Positions 23,041-34,411 are shown, numbered from the whole stretch's first letter. The stretch is DNA of 61,571 nucleotides, filler included, from 15 parts of 15 records of this genome joined end to end with filler, not necessarily neighbours in it; one strand, 5' to 3'. Notes: generated by a model from the sequence alone, not told the origin. Made by a program: numbers and translations.

Positions 23041-23850
23041 TTGGTTGCGTTGCCGACCAGCAGCTCTGTCTTCCCGCGGCACGAGGCTATCGCCGCCGCC
23101 GGGAAATGGGCAGCTCGGCGGCACAGTGGCGGAGCAGCACCGGCGGGGCAAGTAGCGGCACTGAGGGAGCTGTTTGACATGCTCGGTGGGCACAACTGGA
23201 GGAGAAAGGGCGGCTGGTTAGAGGGCGACCCGTGCCTGCAGGACTGGTACGGAGTCAGCTGCGTGGCAGTGACCGATCAGAGCATCAGTTCCAACTACTC
23301 CGGGGGCGTGTCTGCAATCCAACTACCGAACAACGAACTGCGAGGCGACATCACTGCGCTGCTCGCCGCAGGCAGCTCATTCGGTGCGCTCATGCAAACG
23401 CTGCAGCTGCTAGATTTAAGCGACAACTGGCTCACCGGAGAGATCGCCAACTCCTCGGCCGTCTGGAATGGCCCAGCTCTTCATTCGCTCTACATTGATG
23501 CCCCTGGGAGTGGGCACCGACTCACAGGCGGCCTTCCGGAGAACCTCGGGAGTTCGCTCCCAAGTCTGAGGCATTTATCGTTGCAGCGTCATCGGCTGTC
23601 GGGTGCCATCCCGGCCAGCTTGGGACAGCTCGATTGCTCGGTTGTGCACACAACTCCGACAAGCAGTGCATGCTTGGTTTGGCTGGAGGGCAACGAGTTC
23701 ACAGGCCATCTCCCGACCAGCCTGTGCAACGCTACTTGGAACGAAATCTACGCCTCGGGGAATAACCTGTCCTGCCCCTACCCTTGCATCACAGCGTCGT
23801 ACAAGAGCCTAGACACGTGCCCTACGCAATGCACACCATGCCACTCATGA
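23041..23850 (+). CDS. Extracellular-type LRR protein (plant-like LRRNT cap and LxxLxLxxNxLxGxIP repeats); probably 5'-partial
   Basis: QVAALRELF...GGHNW...W...DPC..DWYGVSC; LPNNELRG, LDLSDNWLTGEI, LSGAIPASLG, LEGNEFTGHLP. Confidence 0.85.
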   Translation: MVALPTSSSVFPRHEAIAAAGKWAARRHSGGAAPAGQVAALRELFDMLGGHNWRRKGGWLEGDPCLQDWYGVSCVAVTDQSISSNYSGGVSAIQLPNNELRGDITALLAAGSSFGALMQTLQLLDLSDNWLTGEIANSSAVWNGPALHSLYIDAPGSGHRLTGGLPENLGSSLPSLRHLSLQRHRLSGAIPASLGQLDCSVVHTTPTSSACLVWLEGNEFTGHLPTSLCNATWNEIYASGNNLSCPYPCITASYKSLDTCPTQCTPCHS

Positions 23851-24129
23851 GCACATTCAGTTTTAGCTGACACACTTGCCCTATGCAATGCAATACTGAC
23901 TAGGAATGTAAGCCAGCCGCCACTCATGAGCTAGTCAGGAGGGTGGCAGGCATACGTGTAGCTTTATGAAGCGAATATGAAATGAGTACAATTGTATACG
24001 CTCGTGAACGGCGGAATGCGAAATAGTACTGCGGTCTCAGTGGGGGGCCGGTTTCGATCAGCTCACCTCGGCAATACCTCGGCAACGGTCAACAGTCTCG
24101 GCCTCTCGGCCAATCGCTGACCGCCCACC

Positions 24130-25516
24130 ATGGCTCGAGCTCAAACCGGCATGAGCAATCGCCAGCTCCAACCGGCCAGCGGGCGCAACGAGTTCAACAA
24201 GTGGCTGGTGTACGGGCTGATCGTGATCTACGCGCTGAGCTACCAGCTGCAGCAGCCGATCGAGCCGTTCCTGGTGGATAAGCTGGTCAAGCAGCAGGGC
24301 GGCAAGGACGCCGCCGCGGTCTACGGCCAGGTGCAGTCCTTCTTCGGGGTGGCGCAGGCGCTGGGCTCGCTGGCGATTGGGGCAGTCATCGACCGGATGG
24401 GCACCCGGGCGGGCTTCATCATCAGCTTTCTGTCATGTGCGCTGTCGTACTACTTGCTCTCCATCACCAGCTCGACCAACATGCTGTTTCTCACCAAAGT
24501 CCCCGGCTCGTTTGTGGCTGGATTCCTCTGCGCCCAGACCGCCATCGCCAAAATCACCCAGGAGGGCGAGGAGCGGATCACTGCGCTCGGTCGGCTCACT
24601 ACGGCCTACACAATCGGTGCGGCGCCGGCTGTGGGCGGCCCGAGCGTTATCCGCAGGTGGGATCTGCGGTCCGTACCTCGGGGGGTTCCTCGGGGCCTCC
24701 GGGGACTATTCAGTGGGAGCTCGGTATGCGACTGCCGGCTGCATCGGGGCCGCAGGCCTGGTGATGCTGCTACCTGCTAAGCTCGACAACGCCGGCTCTT
24801 CTGGCAAGAGCCAGGCCGCTCTGGCTGCCGAGGAGGAGGCCGATGGCAAGCTCTCCTGGGCAGGCCGCGCGAGCAAGATCATGTCGTTGGTGGGACTCTA
24901 CCTGTTTGTCAAGGTGGGCACAGGCGTCTGCAACAGGATGGCACGCTCCGCCCAGCCGCTCATATTTAAAGACAAATTCGGGTTTGACGAGGCCATGATG
25001 GGTACCGTGCTGGCCGGGCAGTTTGCGTTTGGAGGCTTTGCCAACGCCTTCCTGCTTGGACCTCTCACCAAGTTTCTCGGTGGGCGTGTGAGTGTCGTGG
25101 TCCGCAACTGCATCGGGATCATGGGCGGGCTGTACATTGCCAACGCGCTGCTCTACACCAACGCTGCCGGAGTGCTGTCCATAGACGACCCGAACGCACG
25201 GTACCCGTACATCGGAGCGGCGCTCTGCCTGGCTCTGTTCCAGTTCTCGCTGGCTTCTTGCATCACTGCAGACACCACCACCATTGTCCCGAGGCATCTG
25301 ACCGGCACTCTGATGGGGCTCGAGCACTCGCTTTTTGCCGTGGCCGGGATCGTGGGGCCGATGGCAGGTGTGGGCTTGTACCAGTATGGCGACAATCAAC
25401 TAGGCGCCCAGGGGATTCCGACCCTACAGGCGGTCTGCGGCTGCGCGTTCCTAGCAATTCTTGCTGTATGGCTGGTATTCAACAAGCCAGAGGTCAACAG
25501 GAGCAAGGTCGCATGA
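24130..25516 (+). CDS. Major facilitator superfamily transporter (DHA1/SLC22A18-like); intron 24617-24656
   Basis: MFS motif A GAVIDRMGTR; antiporter-like ERITALGRLTTAYTIGGICGPYLGG after splicing; about 12 TM helices. Confidence 0.9.
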
Positions 25517-25713
25517 TTGTTTTGGGTATCGTTGAAGCCAACTGATCACGATATAATTATGCGCAAATGAGAACGTAATCAGTGTATATGCAACAGATAC
25601 CGCTACAATAAAGTGCTGGCTTGTACCGAGGAGATGGACCTTGCCCTGGCACACCCTAGCTATAACCTAGCTATGATTAGTTTTTAACTAAATTAATTAC
25701 ACTAATGTCCGAA

Positions 25714-26364
25714 TTAAAAAGGCGAGATGAAACCGCTACTGGCCCAGACCGAGTTGTACTCCGCCCCACCTGGCATGTGCGCCCTCACAAACTCCTTGAA
25801 CTCCTTCCTTGTCACCTTCATGTTCCCGGACGGATCCAGTCGCTTAAAGATCTGCCGTGGCCCGTCAAAATAAGCACCCGCCCGCCTCCTCACCGCTAGA
25901 TCCAGTTCATCCTCGGCCGACGACCAACTCTCATTTCCGCACAACACGTCGCACGCCGAGTCGGCCCGCTCGCGAATAGTCCGCTCCTTCACCTCGGCCA
26001 GCCGCTTGCGCCTCTCGGCCACAATAGGCTCGGCCTTTTGGATTCTCTCACCGAGCCTGTACCTTGCATTCCCTGCCCAGACCGCTCGGGCCAGCCCAGC
26101 GCGCGTGCCACCATCGGGAATCTGGCCGTGCAGGCGGCGCGACTCGTCTAGCCGGCTCTCGAGCACCGCCAGCCAGCCGGTGAGGTACGCGAGCCCGATG
26201 CCTCTGCACTCCTCGATGATCAGCTGGCTGTTGCTGTCGGCGTCGTAAAAATTGTACAGCGGCTCGGTCTGGCTGGGTACTCCGGACTCGTCCGGCTGCG
26301 AGCCCAACAGCGCGGCCCACCGCTGCGCCGTGTCGTCAGCCGAAGTTGAGCCACTGATGCCCAT
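25714..26364 (-). CDS. EF-hand protein with a predicted N-myristoylation signal
   Basis: MGISGS (MGxxxS); LYNFYDADSNSQLIIEE and IFKRLDPSGNMKVTRKEF. Confidence 0.7.
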   Translation of the reverse strand: MGISGSTSADDTAQRWAALLGSQPDESGVPSQTEPLYNFYDADSNSQLIIEECRGIGLAYLTGWLAVLESRLDESRRLHGQIPDGGTRAGLARAVWAGNARYRLGERIQKAEPIVAERRKRLAEVKERTIRERADSACDVLCGNESWSSAEDELDLAVRRRAGAYFDGPRQIFKRLDPSGNMKVTRKEFKEFVRAHMPGGAEYNSVWASSGFISPF

Positions 26365-26443
26365 CCTCCGGGCCCGATCTCGCCTCTCAACGGCAACGTT
26401 TGGCTTCTTTGTGAAGCAGAAGAGCGGAGGGGGACTCGGCCCA

Positions 26444-26621
26444 ATGGCTCGTCCAAACGCGGCGGAGGGCCCGCCGGTGCTGCTGTTCCCGTCGCTGGCC
26501 GGCTCAGTGCTCGAGTGCCGCCAAAGCCCGGTGCCCGGGTTTGCCGGTCAACGGATCTGGATGTCCTCGCTGGATATGATGATCTCGTCGACCAACTCGT
26601 ACAGCATGGAGGTCCAGGACC
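26444..26621 (+). CDS. LCAT/PDAT-family acyltransferase or phospholipase, N-terminal fragment
   Basis: PPVLLFPSLAGSVLECR...QRIW matches the LCAT-family N-terminal motif. Confidence 0.6.
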
Positions 26622-26721
26622 NNNNNNNNNNNNNNNNNNNNNNNNNNNNNNNNNNNNNNNNNNNNTTAATTAATTAANNNNNNNNNNNNNNNNNNNNNNN
26701 NNNNNNNNNNNNNNNNNNNNN

Positions 26722-27597
26722 CGTGCCGAGCTCCTGGCGCAGCCGGATCGCCCCGGGCGGCGCCTTGGCCGGCTTGATTAGGTGCTTTGGCGACGCCAGG
26801 CTCACGGACAATTTGGACTCGGATCTTGCCTCGCTGAAGAAGACTGCCAGGTCGGCGGCCATCTGCAGACAGGCCTCCTGCGGCTGGCGCTGGCCGGCTG
26901 GCATCTGGGACAGCCGGAGCAGCACGTGCGCGCCCGGCACCCCACGTGCATGCAGCCACACATCCGGCTCTCTGGCCACCGAAAGGGACAGCTGCTCGTT
27001 CTGCCTGCTGCTCTTGCCCACCAGGATCGGGCATCCGCCCGGCGACCTGAAAGTCCGCCACTTGGGGCCCGGTCTGGGCCGCGGCTCGCTCTTTCTCGGT
27101 CGGCCGCCCGGCGGGTCCAGCTCCAACTCTGAGGCCCGGCGCGCCCAGTCGGCCCAAAGCCGCTCAACCGCCAGCCCATCCTCGCCCGCCTGGGCCAGCC
27201 GGTCGGGCTGCCGCTCCAGCCAGTCCTGCGCCGCCCGGCTCCGCTCCAGCCGCTCCAGCACCGTTCGGGAGCCCCGGCGCAGCCGGCGAGCTTGCCGGAA
27301 GGCGGCCTCAGCCTGCTCCCGGGGGGAGGGCTCCGAGGCGAAGCGGAGCTCCTGCGGCTGGCCGTCCCGGTGCCAGTCCTGCACGAGCAGGCTGCGGGTG
27401 TCTGGGCCTATGCGATGCAGGTTGGCGATCACCAGAGAGGCCCACTGCTGCAGCTGCTCGGCCTCGCCCGCACGCCCGGCCTGCTGCTGCAGCGCCGCCG
27501 CCTTCTTGGCCTCCCGACTGCGGGCTGCAGCCAGCCAGCGGTGCAGGCTGGCCGACGACGACAGCCAGCGCACCGCTCGTAATCCCAGCCAGCGCAT
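26722..27597 (-). CDS. Bacterial-type NFACT/RqcH(FbpA) C-terminal (NFACT-R, DUF814) protein with an organelle transit-like N-terminus; last codons truncated
   Basis: MRWLGLRAVRWLSSSAS; FRSPGGCPILVGKSSRQNEQLS...DVWLHARGVPGAHVLL...AADLAVFFSEAR...IKPAKAPPG. Confidence 0.85.
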
Positions 27598-27652
27598 TAC
27601 AGCTGGCTGCAGCCACCGCCCACCAAAGATCAGGATTCGGTTGGGCTTTGTC

Positions 27653-29200
27653 ATGATGGTGCTTTGGTTGGCGGTGGTGCTGGCGCCTCTCACGTTGGCA
27701 AACGAGGAAGTCCCGGCCGCCTTCGTGCCGGACTACGGCCCCGGAGCATACGGCAACCCGGCCGGGGAGGCGCGGTACGTGTTGGGGGCGAGAGTGTTCG
27801 TGAACGACGGCGACTGGGAGGTGAGCACGCTCACCGGGTCCCATCTGCAGCAAACGCTCCAGATCAGCCTCAACTTGTACATGCGCGACCGGATCGAGCC
27901 CAAGGGCTCCACCGACGGGGCCTCCGAGCTGGCCCAGTTCTACCGGCCGCACGGGGTCGCGCTGGACGAAGGGCGCAGCCTGCTGGCAATCGCGGACACG
28001 AACAACAACTTGATCCGACTGGTTGACATCAGCACCGGGCTGACCAGCACCCTCGGGAGCAACCATACCGACCCGGGCTTCGTGGACGGGCTTCCGGCCA
28101 GCTTCAACCGGCCGCGAGGCACTTGGTTCAGTGCGGACGGCGCCAAGATCTTTGTGGCCGATTCAGCCAACCACGCGATCCGGGTGGTGGACTCGTACAC
28201 CGGGAGCACACAGACTCTGGCCGGCTCCGGTAGCCAGGGCTTCGCCAACAACGAGGGGAGGGCGGCCATGTTTAGTTATCCGAGTGCCGTAGTCGAGGCC
28301 CAGCGAGGCTACCCGGGCACCGAGGTGGTCGAGGGAACTCTGTTTGTTGCCGACAAAGGCAATCATCAGATCCGGCGGATTGTCGGGCGGGGCGTTTCGA
28401 CCCACTGCGGCGGGCTGACCGCCGGGAATCGGGACGGGTTCAGATCAGAGGCCACATTCGACTCGCCTGCCGGGCTAGCTCTGCACCAGAGCTCAGGAGA
28501 CCTGTACGTGGCGGATGCAGCCAACCACCGGATCCGCGTAGTGACCCCGCATGGACTGGTGACCACTGTAGCTGGCTCGACCTTGGGGGACCGCGACTCG
28601 GACAGCGCTCTGGCCTCGCAGTTCAACTTCCCGTGTGGAATAGCGGTCCAGCAACAGGCGAGTCAGCCCTCGGTCTACTTCACCGACTGCGGCAACAGCC
28701 GGGTGAGGGCCCTGCACCGGACCGGGGTGCAGCCAAAGTTCTACGGGGTGGCCGCTGGGCAATACCGGAGCAGCACGGTGGCAGGCAGCGGGATCCCGGG
28801 CTGGCTGGACGGGCAGGGCAACTGGTCAAGGATGATCCGACCAACCGGGCTGGCTCTGCACTCCAACGGCAAGCTGTTTGTCGCAGATACCGAAAACCAC
28901 GTGGTGCGCAAGCTCGAGCAGGTGGGCCGGCCCGACGAGCTTTGCTCCGAGAACTCTGGTGAATGCGATCAGCAGAGGAACTGCAGGGACAGCCGCGGGG
29001 TGCTCTGCTCGGACAGACAAGAGAGCTGCCTCGATAACGATAAGTGCCGGTGCAACGTCTGGTACCACGATACTCAGTGCGTGAGCATGCCCACGTATCG
29101 ATACAGAAACCAAGCGGCCATGCGTGCTCTGGATCTCAAGACGACCATGCTCAGCCTGGGCTTTCTCAGTTGGGTAGTTTGCACATGCTTTAGCTTGTGA
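27653..29200 (+). CDS. Secreted or GPI-type NHL-repeat beta-propeller protein with a Cys-rich C-terminal module
   Basis: Signal MMVLWLAVVLAPLTLA; repeated FxxPxG...VADxxNHxIR units; hydrophobic C-terminus. Confidence 0.88.
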   Translation: MMVLWLAVVLAPLTLANEEVPAAFVPDYGPGAYGNPAGEARYVLGARVFVNDGDWEVSTLTGSHLQQTLQISLNLYMRDRIEPKGSTDGASELAQFYRPHGVALDEGRSLLAIADTNNNLIRLVDISTGLTSTLGSNHTDPGFVDGLPASFNRPRGTWFSADGAKIFVADSANHAIRVVDSYTGSTQTLAGSGSQGFANNEGRAAMFSYPSAVVEAQRGYPGTEVVEGTLFVADKGNHQIRRIVGRGVSTHCGGLTAGNRDGFRSEATFDSPAGLALHQSSGDLYVADAANHRIRVVTPHGLVTTVAGSTLGDRDSDSALASQFNFPCGIAVQQQASQPSVYFTDCGNSRVRALHRTGVQPKFYGVAAGQYRSSTVAGSGIPGWLDGQGNWSRMIRPTGLALHSNGKLFVADTENHVVRKLEQVGRPDELCSENSGECDQQRNCRDSRGVLCSDRQESCLDNDKCRCNVWYHDTQCVSMPTYRYRNQAAMRALDLKTTMLSLGFLSWVVCTCFSL

Positions 29201-29556
29201 TAGGTGAGCCTGCTGCCGAGTCCGGAGCAGTGGCGGCTGGAATGGCGCAGACAGACTTTGGGGCGGAGAGCTGGGAGGCCGAGCTTTAGCAGATGCAGCG
29301 CAACCTGAAGAGCACGATGTCCCGCGCAGAGAAGGGCACGGTGCCATGCAAGGAATTATGATGAGCCCAAGCACTTGTAAAACAACAATCATGTGAAAAC
29401 TTCATACTGATTATGTATATATATAATCATTCTCGAAAACCCGGTCCACCAAACCTGCTCCCATTTCATATTGATTATGTACGAGTAGATCTACTCATAG
29501 GTAGAGTACCGGAGTACGTACCGGCGCAGAAGTCCACCACAATAACGGAACGAACG

Positions 29557-29922
29557 ATGGCAAAACGCTTCATCACAGCGGTGTGCTGCTGCCTGGTCAG
29601 CGCTTCGCTGGCTGTGGAATACGCCACGTTCGCGGCCGGCTGCTTCTGGTCTGTGGAGACTGCCTTCCGGCGGGTGCCTGGGGTGCGCGATACCGAGGTC
29701 GGCTACACCGGCGGCGAGCAGCCGTACGCCACCTACGAGATGGTCGGCACCGGCCGCAGCGGGCACGCCGAGGCGGTCCGCGTGCTGTTCGACCCGTCGC
29801 GCGTGTCGTATGACGACCTGCTCGGTGCGGCCGGGCCGTCATCTGCCCCCCCGGGCCGTTATCCCCTCCTCACGTCGCCGTCGGGTTTCAGAAACTAGCT
29901 AGACGGCCGGCCCCTGGGGCTG
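29557..29922 (+). CDS. msrA: Peptide methionine sulfoxide reductase A with a signal or transit peptide; 3'-partial
   Basis: [12 protein letters not shown]...[13 protein letters not shown]...[27 protein letters not shown]. Confidence 0.92.
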
Positions 29923-30105
29923 NNNNNNNNNNNNNNNNNNNNNNNNNNNNNNNNNNNNNNNNNNNNTTAATTAATTAANNNNNNNNNNNNNNNNNNNNNN
30001 NNNNNNNNNNNNNNNNNNNNNNTCTTGGCTGAAGCTCATCGTGGTTGTCTCGATCTGCCACACCCCGCCCGAACGATAACGGAGTTCGTTATTTTCGGTT
30101 GTGGC

Positions 30106-31247
30106 ATGCGCCGGCTGGTGGTGGCTTTGGACAACCCGGTGCTCGACTTGGTGGCCCCGTGCCCGCCGGGGCTGCTCGCCCAGCTGGGACTGGCCCCGGG
30201 TGGCTCATGCCCAGGCCTGCCCGACCCCGGCCCGGTCTTCGCCCGAGTGGAGGCGCTTCAGCCCCGCCGGATGCCCGGGGGCGGCGCGCTCAACACTCTC
30301 CGGGCGATCGCGTTCATGACCGCCGGCCGCCCGGACCGGCCGGAGCTCTGCGCGATGGGGATGGTCGGGCAGGACGCCGCGGCCGATCAGCTGCGGGCCG
30401 GGCTGGACGCCGCGGGCGTGACGGCACAGTTTGCGGTAAGCGATTTGCTCCCAACCGGCCGGTGCGCGGTGCTCGTAACGGAAGACCGGGACCGGTGCAT
30501 CCTGGGCGACCCGCAGGCGGCGCGCGGGTTCGGTCCGGAGCACCTGCCGCCGGGGCTGGTCGATCGGGCGGCGATGGGGCTGCTGCCCGCCTATTTCGTC
30601 ACTGGCCCACCCCAGCGGTCGGCGGCCGCGCTGGCCATGGCAGACCAACTGGACAGCGCCGGGAGCGGGTAGGGTGCTGGCCGGGCGGCAGGGCGAGCTG
30701 CGGGGCAGGCTGTGCGTGAGTCTGTCGTCGGCGCAGCTGCTGGCCAGGCTGGCAGCTCAGGGGCTCTTGTCGCGAGTAGACCAACTAGTCTCGCGAGCAA
30801 GGTTCGTCTTCTGCAACCAAGCCGAGTTCGACCAGTACTTCGGACCAAACTGCCCGGTGCGGCATGTCCGTTATATCCCGGCCGAGCCGCCTGCAGCCGG
30901 ATCAAGCTGCTGGGAAGCTCGGGGAAGGCGGGACAGTGGTAGTGACCAGAGGGGCTGAGGACACATGTGCGGCCGCCGGCTGAGCTGGCCGGAGCCGGAA
31001 GGCAGGGCTGGTGCGCCGGACTGGGCTGGAGCTAGTCCCGGTGGAGCCTGTGGTGGCCCAGGGCTGCATTGTGGACCTCAATGGAGCCGGCGACGCCTTC
31101 GCTGGCGGCTTCCTGGCCGGCGTGCTCGCCGGACGCGGGCTGCGCGAGTGCGCACGGGTAGGGCAGCACTGCGCGGCCGAGGTGGTGCAGTGCGAAGGCT
31201 GCAGCTTCCCTGAGGCATGCAGGTATGATTGGGACGCCTTGTCATGA
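30106..31247 (+). CDS. ADK: Adenosine kinase-like PfkB family kinase; 3 small introns
   Basis: NPVLDL, PGGGALNT, GMVGQD, PTGRCAVLV, FVFCNQAEF, VVVTRGAE, IVDLNGAGDAFAGGFLAG. Confidence 0.8.
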
Positions 31248-31605
31248 TCAATGCTATACATGTACATGCATGTATATCAGATTGAAAGATTTGGGTTCGT
31301 TTCATCGTACATGCATCTACTCGTCACGTAAGCAAGAGCTCTCGATAAAATCATTGAGACGGTCGCGTCTCGCGCAAACACCGATGCAGCCCAACCAAAG
31401 CAGCCTGCCGCAGCAGGCCGGCCCTCAGTGCGAGCACCGCCGCCCACCCAGCGCTCGCCCCACCTGCCGTCGAGCGTCGGGCCTCTCGATATCACATCAT
31501 TCACGAACTTCTCTGTAACTCATGCATTGAGGCTCGCGAGCCTGATTGACTGATTCAGCCTCACCTGTCCCGTCTGTTGCAGCTTCGAGAAGCTTTGGTG
31601 CGTCC

Positions 31606-32382
31606 ATGTGCTCGCTGCTCGAGCTCGAACTCACCCCCGAGATGCTGGCCGCCGGCTGGGGCACCGGGAGCGAGAACGTGGGCGAGGCCGACCCGACCGC
31701 CCCGGAGATCCGGTTCCAGCTGTCCGACGGGCGGGCGGCGACGGTGGAACAGCGGCCGTCCGATCATGATGGGGTGGACGGGGTGGTGTGGCAGGCCGCG
31801 CTGCTGTTGAGCCGGCACCTGGAGCGGCGCGACTGGCGCGGCGTGGAAGTGCTCGAGCTCGGGAGCGGGCCAGGGCTCGTGGGCTGCGTGCTCGGTCTGC
31901 TCGGGGCCAAGGTCACCTTCTCAGACTTGCCGGCCGCGCTCCCGCTGCTCCGACGGAACGCCAGGCGGAACCTTGGGCCGGCCGGCAGCGTGCGCGAGCT
32001 CCGTTGGGAGGATGCGCGGGCCGATTGGCCGCCTGGCAGCGCCGACTGGATCGTGTGCTGTGATTGCGTGTATGAAGCGTCGGCGGTGCGGCCGCTCTGT
32101 GGCGCCATCGAATGCTTATCGCACCCGGGGACGGTTGTATGTGTGGCGATCAGAGTGCGGGTGCCCCAGACTGCCTGGCAGTTCGTGACGGCGCTCGGGC
32201 GCATACCGGGGATGAGCTTGGAGCATGTGCAAGCCGACGGGTTCAGCAGCCGGCTCTGTGGGAGGCCGGTGGACCAGCTTAGCCTGCGCGAGTTCGTGCC
32301 GAGGGAGAATCTGCTCATCTTGGCTCGCCGGGATGCGCCGCCAGCCGCTAACCCGCGATCGGCGCCGGTGTCGGGTACTTAG
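31606..32382 (+). CDS. Methyltransf_16 (METTL21-like) protein lysine methyltransferase
   Basis: GVVWQAALLLSRHL, VLELGSGPGLVG, VTFSDL, ELRWE, IVCCDCVYE. Confidence 0.88.
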   Translation: MCSLLELELTPEMLAAGWGTGSENVGEADPTAPEIRFQLSDGRAATVEQRPSDHDGVDGVVWQAALLLSRHLERRDWRGVEVLELGSGPGLVGCVLGLLGAKVTFSDLPAALPLLRRNARRNLGPAGSVRELRWEDARADWPPGSADWIVCCDCVYEASAVRPLCGAIECLSHPGTVVCVAIRVRVPQTAWQFVTALGRIPGMSLEHVQADGFSSRLCGRPVDQLSLREFVPRENLLILARRDAPPAANPRSAPVSGT

Positions 32383-32519
32383 TCGCTTGTGGTATATTCA
32401 CGTAAGTACTCGTATTAACGTACTCGTATGCTAATTGTTAGATCAATTGAATTTAGTTTCGTGAATCGCGGTGACTCGGTTTGGAGTCTTAAAACAATGG
32501 GACCTTGCGTGCATGTCGA

Positions 32520-33236
32520 TTAAGTCGCAGCGCCCTTGCTCTTGAACGCCGCCTGGACGGCAGCGCTTGTGCGCCAGTACACGACCACAGCCATTAGCAT
32601 GTTGGTGCCCACACCCACAGCCCAGCGCAAATACCACGACTGCTGGGTGAGCTGACAGCCCAGCACGGCCAGCGCCGAGCCCAGTGTGGCCAGCGTCGAG
32701 AGCCGGGCCACTGTGCCGACCAGCATGCTGTGGGTCTGTTCGCTCATCCCAGTGGTCCGGCGCACCCCACCGTCGTTGCTCATCGCAAACTCGCCGCCCA
32801 GTTTCACGCGATTCGCCCCGCCGCGCGAGGCCAGCCGGGCCACTGAGGCCCCGATCAGCGCCCAGATCGCCTCGGCAAACACGGCGTACAGCGCACTGGC
32901 CAGGCCGTAGGCGGCCGACTCGGACTCCTGCTCCGGCTCTGGGGCTGTGAGCCCGAGCCGGCCGGCGGTGAAGCCGTTGACGGCGAGGGCGGCGCAGGCG
33001 AGCACGACGGCCGACTGGATGCACCCAGCCGCTTGGCCGAGCCGCTGCTTGGCCACGGCGGGGTCGTTGTGACCGCCGGAGCCGCCCACGTTGCCCGCAA
33101 AGTAAAAGAGCGCCGGGAGCCAGAGCACCGGGCTCAGGCAGATCAGGGCGCCCAGTAGGGCGAACAGCCCGGCCAGCACTGCCATGCTGAGCACGTAGGG
33201 TACCCCGTACAACACATAACCCAGCACCGACACCAT
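32520..33236 (-). CDS. Hypothetical multi-pass membrane protein
   Basis: ORF from MVSVLGY with about 6 hydrophobic segments; no family recognised. Confidence 0.6.
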   Translation of the reverse strand: MVSVLGYVLYGVPYVLSMAVLAGLFALLGALICLSPVLWLPALFYFAGNVGGSGGHNDPAVAKQRLGQAAGCIQSAVVLACAALAVNGFTAGRLGLTAPEPEQESESAAYGLASALYAVFAEAIWALIGASVARLASRGGANRVKLGGEFAMSNDGGVRRTTGMSEQTHSMLVGTVARLSTLATLGSALAVLGCQLTQQSWYLRWAVGVGTNMLMAVVVYWRTSAAVQAAFKSKGAAT

Positions 33237-33303
33237 CTGGCTGAAGGGTAGCCGTTGGGGCAACCTGAGGAAGACCAGGAATCGCGGCAAGGAGGCGCCT
33301 GCG

Positions 33304-33510
33304 ATGATGTTCAGCTTGCTCCTGGCGGCGCTAGCCGGGGCGAGTGCGGCGCACGAGTACTGCGTGATCGGGGCCGGACCCGGAGGCGCCATGGGTCCGA
33401 TGGCTAGGCGAGCGGGGGCAGGTTTACAGCTCGGTCACTACCTGCAGCAAGCTGGGCGGGACTACGCCATCTACGAGCGCGCGGCCACCGCCGGGTACTT
33501 CTTCGACGTC
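33304..33510 (+). CDS. FOXRED2: FAD-dependent oxidoreductase FOXRED2/ERFAD-like, 5' fragment; probable GC-AG intron 33386-33421
   Basis: Signal peptide, then [39 protein letters not shown] after splicing. Confidence 0.75.
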
Positions 33511-33610
33511 NNNNNNNNNNNNNNNNNNNNNNNNNNNNNNNNNNNNNNNNNNNNTTAATTAATTAANNNNNNNNNNNNNNNNNNNNNNNNNNNNNNNNNN
33601 NNNNNNNNNN

Positions 33611-34411
33611 CCGACCATGCGCTCACACGAGCTCGACCAGGTGAAGCTGTGCCCCTTTATGAAGCAGGGCGCGGGGATGCTGCTGCTGTGGGAGGCTTGC
33701 CGATTTGGGGCCAATCAACCACCCCCTGAGCACGCGGTTGACGGCAGCCAAGAGGCGATGCGACAGCGACGGCGTTTCATAACGGCACCCATAACAACCC
33801 TTGGTCCACACGATGTGGCTCTACGCCATGGGATAGTGTGGGCGCTTGCTACTGCTCACGGCAGGCAGCTATGGGCACACCCAGAGAAGTGTGGCCTGAT
33901 TGAAGTGCATGAGCATCCAGCGGAAAGTAATCGTCGATCGCATGTATATAAGCTTGGACATCCTGTGCTGAATCCCAGTGGCGCCGAAGCAGATGGGTTT
34001 GAATGCACCGGATCTGTTCGCGAGGTTGAACTTTTGTTTAACCGGCATCAGATCAGGCCCACGCATTTTTCCTATGGGTTTGGGAACTGCGGTGTTGAAT
34101 GTTGGAAAGCTTGGTCGTTTCAATGCTACGATGCCAAAGATGCAACGTGGAAAAGCCTGTATGATCACAATGGCCTGTTTCCGCATTTGCATTACGCGCG
34201 TGACACTGCTGGGGGTGTTCACCAGGTTCACGAGGGGGTTGGCGCCTGCACCGAGGTGCACGTTTTTCGTGTTGATTTCACACAGGGAAAGTACTCGTGG
34301 GCACGAAATCGAAATTTCAGCAGGTTTCGGATCAGGTCCCGCAACTCGGAGCAATGCCTTCACATCCGCTCATTTGAGATTTATGGTCAGGTTTCCCGAA
34401 AGCCTACTTGA
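33611..34411 (+). CDS. Hypothetical protein with a C-terminal discoidin/F5-8C-like beta-sandwich; 5'-partial
   Basis: IRPTHFSYG...WSFQC.D...WKSLYDH...FSRFRI...LHIRSFEIYG resembles C-terminal domains of HECTD1/BTB-type proteins. Confidence 0.5.
   Translation, partial: PTMRSHELDQVKLCPFMKQGAGMLLLWEACRFGANQPPPEHAVDGSQEAMRQRRRFITAPITTLGPHDVALRHGIVWALATAHGRQLWAHPEKCGLIEVHEHPAESNRRSHVYKLGHPVLNPSGAEADGFECTGSVREVELLFNRHQIRPTHFSYGFGNCGVECWKAWSFQCYDAKDATWKSLYDHNGLFPHLHYARDTAGGVHQVHEGVGACTEVHVFRVDFTQGKYSWARNRNFSRFRIRSRNSEQCLHIRSFEIYGQVSRKPT

Noticed and set aside
26723-27652. 825-aa ORF suggesting a long N-terminal extension of the NHL protein and overlapping genes
   Set aside because: The upstream part is the stop-free antisense shadow of the GC-rich NFACT-R gene; the signal peptide marks the real start at 27653
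29620-29660. Possible selenoprotein MsrA
   Set aside because: The active-site GCFW is encoded by TGC (Cys), with no in-frame TGA
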